Origin: an uncultured Verrucomicrobiae bacterium
GTDB lineage: Bacteria > Verrucomicrobiota > Verrucomicrobiia > Chthoniobacterales > JAFAMB01
Direction: 5' to 3'
DNA length: 64,000 bases
Assembly: GCA_963782115.1 (NCBI GenBank)
Contig: CAWAIK010000003.1
Span: 128,001 to 192,000 of the forward strand
In this document: one piece after another, positions 59,948-64,000 of the stretch
Numbering within the stretch: position 1 is the first letter of the stretch
Layout of the letters: each line of letters begins with the position of its first letter
Position numbers and translations under genes: made by a program
The notes under the pieces: generated by a model
Databases searched by the model: none
Told to the model about the DNA's origin: nothing
What the model saw: the letters and a program-made list of their open reading frames with translations, nothing else

Positions 59948-61201
59948 ATGAAAACCAAGCCTCGTCTAACGCATACCAAGTCGACGCTTTCAAGATTAGG
60001 CGGCTTGCTTTGCCTGATTGTCCTTGATGGCTGCCAGAAGGCCAAGGAACCTGCGGCCAGGCCGATGGAGGCATCGACATTCGAACCACCGAAGGTCATG
60101 GACGGACGAGATCTTGAATTTCCGCCGAAAATACCTCAGCTCTCCAGTTTTAAAACCGCCGAGGCCAAACCGGTAAATAGTGTCGAAGACCACTTTACTG
60201 GACGCCTAACCTGGAACGAAGACTACGCGGTTCGTATCTATTCACCTGTTTCCGGACAAGTTGCAAAGATTGTCGCTGACGTCGGTCAAAAAGTGGCCCC
60301 TGGGGACGACTTGGCGTTGCTTCATTCTTCAGACTATGGCCAGGCACTTTCGGATTACCTCAAAGCAACGGCATCCCTGACTCAGGCGGAGAAGACTTAT
60401 CAGCGCGTTAAGGATCTGACCACGTACGGCGCCGCCGCAACGAAAGACGTGGAGCAGGCAAGAGCCGACTACGATAGCGCGGTGGCTGAAAAAGATCGGG
60501 CACTCGCAGCCCTCCAGAGGTATGGGACATCCACCGGTGATTTCAGCGATCTCTATCACTTGCGAAGTCCGATCGCCGGAAACGTCGTTGATAAAAAGAT
60601 AAATAATGGGCAAGAGGTTCGTCCCGATATGATCCTTGGCAGCACCAGCGATGTGATCACTCCGCTCTTCACCATTGCGGATCCAAGCCGCCTCTGGGTC
60701 CTGCTGGACGTGCCCGAAACCGATCTGAACGAACTGAAGGGCGGACAGGAAGTCGAGTTACGGACTCCAGCCTATCCTGGACGGATATTTCCAGGCAAGC
60801 TGGTGGCGGTAGGCGCCTCGCTCGATCCTCAGACCCGCGTTGTTCATGCTCGTGCAAACGTTGAGAATCCGGATGGGGCTCTCAAAGCCGAGATGTACGT
60901 CACGGTCAATGTGAAGTTACCGATAAGCGAAGGTCAGTCGGTCGAAGTTCCAGCGAGCGCCGTCATTTACGTGAATGAAAAATACTATGTGTTTGTGCCG
61001 GACAAGTCCGATCCGAATAAGTTTAGCAGACGCGAAATCACTGTTCTGCACGAACGCTCGGCGGGGGCAACGGTGGTGATCAAAGGAGTTCGATCCGGTG
61101 AACGAGTGGTAAGTGACGGTAGCTTGGAGATGAATAATTACCTCGGCGAGGGAGAAGGAGAGGAGTCGAAACCTGAGGCCGTCGCGACTCCGAGCTCATG
61201 A
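59948..61201 (+). CDS. RND efflux periplasmic adaptor (CzcB/CusB-like)
   Basis: LDGC lipobox, IYSPVSG, LRSPIAG, LFTIADPSRLWV, AYPGRIF, LKAEMY, VPASAV. Confidence 0.9.
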   Translation: MKTKPRLTHTKSTLSRLGGLLCLIVLDGCQKAKEPAARPMEASTFEPPKVMDGRDLEFPPKIPQLSSFKTAEAKPVNSVEDHFTGRLTWNEDYAVRIYSPVSGQVAKIVADVGQKVAPGDDLALLHSSDYGQALSDYLKATASLTQAEKTYQRVKDLTTYGAAATKDVEQARADYDSAVAEKDRALAALQRYGTSTGDFSDLYHLRSPIAGNVVDKKINNGQEVRPDMILGSTSDVITPLFTIADPSRLWVLLDVPETDLNELKGGQEVELRTPAYPGRIFPGKLVAVGASLDPQTRVVHARANVENPDGALKAEMYVTVNVKLPISEGQSVEVPASAVIYVNEKYYVFVPDKSDPNKFSRREITVLHERSAGATVVIKGVRSGERVVSDGSLEMNNYLGEGEGEESKPEAVATPSS

Positions 61202-64000
61202 AGGCGTTGTTCGAAAGGCTCCTTCGAGGACGGGCGGTGATCGTAGGATTGATCGTCGCTTATACTGCAGCCGGCGTCATGGCGCTTCGGAACCTTCCAA
61301 TAGAGGCATATCCCGATGTGACGAATATTCAGGCTGAAGTGGTCACGTTGTGGCCGGGACACGCAGCTGAAGAGGTGGAAAAGTTCGTCACCATCCCGGT
61401 CGAGAATCAGATGAACAGCCTGCCGCAAAGAGCATCGCTGCGGTCGATATCGATGTTCGGCTTGTCAGTGGTGACGATCACCTTTGAGGACGATGCCGAC
61501 AACTACAGATCGCGCAGTCTGGTTGCCCAACAATTGGCCCAGGTCCAGCTCCCGACTGGCGCCCAGGCGTCGGTCTCGCCAGATTCGACGGCGGTCGGCG
61601 AAATTTTTCGTTACACCCTCCAGGCGCCGCCCAATTACCCACTGACGGAATTGCGCGCTATCGAGGATTGGGTGGTCGAGCGCCAGTTTCGCACCGTGCC
61701 GGGTATTGTCGACGTGAACGGCTTCGGCGGACCAACCAAGCAGTACCAGGTCTTGATCGATCCCGTAAAGCTCAAGAGCTATAACATTACGCTTCAACAG
61801 ATCGTTCAGGCCTTGCAAAACAGTAACCAGAACGCGGGCGGAGCCTACATTGAACACGGCTCTCAGATGTTTATTATCCGCGGGATCGGTCTGATCCAGA
61901 CGCTCGACGATATTCGGGATACCGTTCTTGCGGTCCGAAACAATACTCCGATTAAGGTTGGCGATCTGGGGCAGGTGGTCATCGGGGATCAGCTTCGCCT
62001 TGGTCGGGTGGGCATGAACAAGCCGCATCCCGGAATGTCGCCCGAACAGACCGATCAGGATGATGTCATTCAGGGCATCGTCCTCTTGCGCAAAGGGGAC
62101 AACGTGCTCGAAGTGCTGCAGCGGGTGGAAGCGAAAGCCGACGAGATCAATCGCACCTATCTCCCGCCTGGAGTTCGGCTGGTTCCACACTACGATCGTA
62201 CTGATCTGATCAAGCGCGCCACGCAGACTGTCGTACACAACGTCCTCGAAGGCATGCTGCTGGTGCTCATCGTGCTTGTCGCATTCCTTGGTATCAAGAA
62301 CTGGCGCTCAGCGTTAATTGTCGCTTCGGTGATCCCACTTGCCCTAGTCGGCGCGGCCATGCTGCTCGACTACCAGAAAATTCCCGCCAACCTGATTTCG
62401 ATGGGCGCAATCGATTTCGGCATCATCGTGGATGCGTCGGTGGTGATCATGGAAAATGTCATTCGACTTGTCGAACAACGCCGTAAGCTGGGGCTGACCT
62501 TGCACCAATGCATCGTTCAAGGGGCGGCCGAGATGACGCGGCCAATTCTCTTCTCCAAGGCGGTTTTACTGATTGCCTTTGTCCCCCTTTTTACCCTCCA
62601 GCGTGTGGAAGGGAGAATTTTCAAGCCAATGGCATTGACGCTGAGTTTCGCGATCATTTCCGGAGCATTGCTCGCTTTGGTCGCGGTGCCATGTTTTGCT
62701 TCCTATCTCCTTCAAGCGAAGGAGCGGAAAGAGAACGATGGGAAAATCGGTTTTGGTCTGGTTCGGACGATACGACGCATTTACCTGCCCGTGCTGAATC
62801 TGGCGCTGAAACTGCGGATGGTAATTCTTCTGGGGGCTGGCGCGCTGGTCGTCAGTGCACTTTTTCTAGCCTTCAGGCTCGGCTCAGAGTTTCTCCCAAA
62901 ACTCGATGAGGGCGCCTTGTGGGTCCATATGGATTTGCCGGAATCCATTTCGCCATCCGAGGCCGAAAAGCTTACGAAAAAAGAGCGCCTGATTTTCGCT
63001 TCTTTCCCGGAGGTCAAAACAGTGGTCAGCCAAATCGGCCGTCCGGACGACGGATCGGACGTGGGAGGCTTTAACATGGTGGAAACCTATGTCGAGCTGA
63101 TTCCTCAGGAGAAATGGAAATCCGCCCAAACTCGCGAAGAACTAGCCGCGATGATGAACAATCAGTTGCTCCGGAATATACCCGGCGCAGACTTCCTTTT
63201 CAGCCAGTATATCGAGGATAACGTCAACGAAGCCATTTCCGGCCTTAAAGGGGAACTGGGGGTGAAAATCTACGGTCCGGAGGCAGAAATCCTGCAAAGC
63301 CTCTCGGACCAGGTCTCCCGGATCCTGAAACAGATTCCGGGAGCGGTCGACGTCGCTCCCGAGACCTTGTTTGGTCAGCCACAGATCCAGGCCAGCGTCG
63401 ACCGCCATGCGGTCGCGCGTTATGGGCTCGGCATAGCCGACGTCGACTCGTTGGTGGGAACGGCGTTCGGCGGAACTGTCGCCACACAGGTTCTGGAGGG
63501 TGAACGGTCCTTCGATCTGGCGGTCAAGCTTCGGCCCGAATCGATCGCTAACTTGGAAGAGATGCGGGCTATCCCGCTCTTCGGATCAAACAACGAGATC
63601 ATTGCTTTGGGGCAGGTCGCAGACGTGCAAACTCGTAACGGATTCGCGCGGATTTACAGGGAGGAAAATGAGCGCCGGACCGATGTCAAGTTTTCGGTGC
63701 GCGGCCGGGATCTCGGCTCCGTGATCGCTGATGCGCAACAACGGGTGGATCAGGAAGTGAAACTTCCTCGGGGCTACCGATTGGAGTGGTCCGGCAGCTT
63801 CGAAAACGAACAACGCGCGGTTAAGCGCCTGGCGTTCATCATTCCCGGCACTTTCATCGCCATCTTCTTCGTCCTCTTCGCCGCGTTCAATTCGCCTCTC
63901 AAGGTGATCATTATTCTGCTTAACGTTCCTTTAGCCGTGGTGGGAGGCGTCGCCGGCCTCGCCTTGGCCGGGTTGCCAATCTCCGTTTCGGCGCTCGTCG
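61198..64000 (+). CDS. CusA/CzcA-family heavy-metal RND permease, runs off right edge
   Basis: Manual translation from ATG 61198: LPIEAYPDVTN, PGHAAEEVEKFVTIPVE, GEIFRYTL, GAIDFGIIVDASVVIMEN, VEGRIFKPMA, GSEFLPKLDEG; still in frame at the window end (GLPISVSALV). Confidence 0.93.
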   Translation, partial: MKALFERLLRGRAVIVGLIVAYTAAGVMALRNLPIEAYPDVTNIQAEVVTLWPGHAAEEVEKFVTIPVENQMNSLPQRASLRSISMFGLSVVTITFEDDADNYRSRSLVAQQLAQVQLPTGAQASVSPDSTAVGEIFRYTLQAPPNYPLTELRAIEDWVVERQFRTVPGIVDVNGFGGPTKQYQVLIDPVKLKSYNITLQQIVQALQNSNQNAGGAYIEHGSQMFIIRGIGLIQTLDDIRDTVLAVRNNTPIKVGDLGQVVIGDQLRLGRVGMNKPHPGMSPEQTDQDDVIQGIVLLRKGDNVLEVLQRVEAKADEINRTYLPPGVRLVPHYDRTDLIKRATQTVVHNVLEGMLLVLIVLVAFLGIKNWRSALIVASVIPLALVGAAMLLDYQKIPANLISMGAIDFGIIVDASVVIMENVIRLVEQRRKLGLTLHQCIVQGAAEMTRPILFSKAVLLIAFVPLFTLQRVEGRIFKPMALTLSFAIISGALLALVAVPCFASYLLQAKERKENDGKIGFGLVRTIRRIYLPVLNLALKLRMVILLGAGALVVSALFLAFRLGSEFLPKLDEGALWVHMDLPESISPSEAEKLTKKERLIFASFPEVKTVVSQIGRPDDGSDVGGFNMVETYVELIPQEKWKSAQTREELAAMMNNQLLRNIPGADFLFSQYIEDNVNEAISGLKGELGVKIYGPEAEILQSLSDQVSRILKQIPGAVDVAPETLFGQPQIQASVDRHAVARYGLGIADVDSLVGTAFGGTVATQVLEGERSFDLAVKLRPESIANLEEMRAIPLFGSNNEIIALGQVADVQTRNGFARIYREENERRTDVKFSVRGRDLGSVIADAQQRVDQEVKLPRGYRLEWSGSFENEQRAVKRLAFIIPGTFIAIFFVLFAAFNSPLKVIIILLNVPLAVVGGVAGLALAGLPISVSALV

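Noticed and set aside
61465..63813. Several ORF-track calls within the czcA region
   Set aside because: Shadows of the RND permease, which the track missed because it has no stop inside the window.

Overview
Bacterial chromosomal window of moderate GC. The gene and repeat style suggests a soil Verrucomicrobiota-like genome, which is inference only. It is an accessory, heavily decayed mosaic. Apparently intact genes: ppk2, glpD, ackA, a LysR-regulated TolC/YtcA/MdtN/MdtO efflux cluster followed by an MscS-cNMP channel, a PAS/GAF histidine kinase, a GH130 glycosidase, a GntR-LacI regulator, a Wsp-type chemosensory operon, a TetR/HlyD/ABC-2 exporter, photolyase, Uup, AtoE, and an OmpR/HK pair with a CzcCBA-type RND system running off the right edge. 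Between them lie many gene shards and internal-deletion fusions (V-ATPase B/A, relaxase/SnoaL, AI-2E, LarA, MCP, D-LDH, heme peroxidase and others). Most notable: (1) a Wsp operon whose WspR-like receiver is fused to a hybrid kinase-REC-Hpt instead of GGDEF; (2) an in-frame V-ATPase subunit B/A chimera; (3) an attP-like site made of a tRNA-Lys 3' half with inverted arm repeats on both sides, next to a relaxase remnant; (4) a four-layer nested set of IS4-like and IS50-like MITE ends and REP palindromes; (5) a heme peroxidase gene divergent from the two-component/Czc locus. All family calls come from motif recognition by eye, with no database searches.
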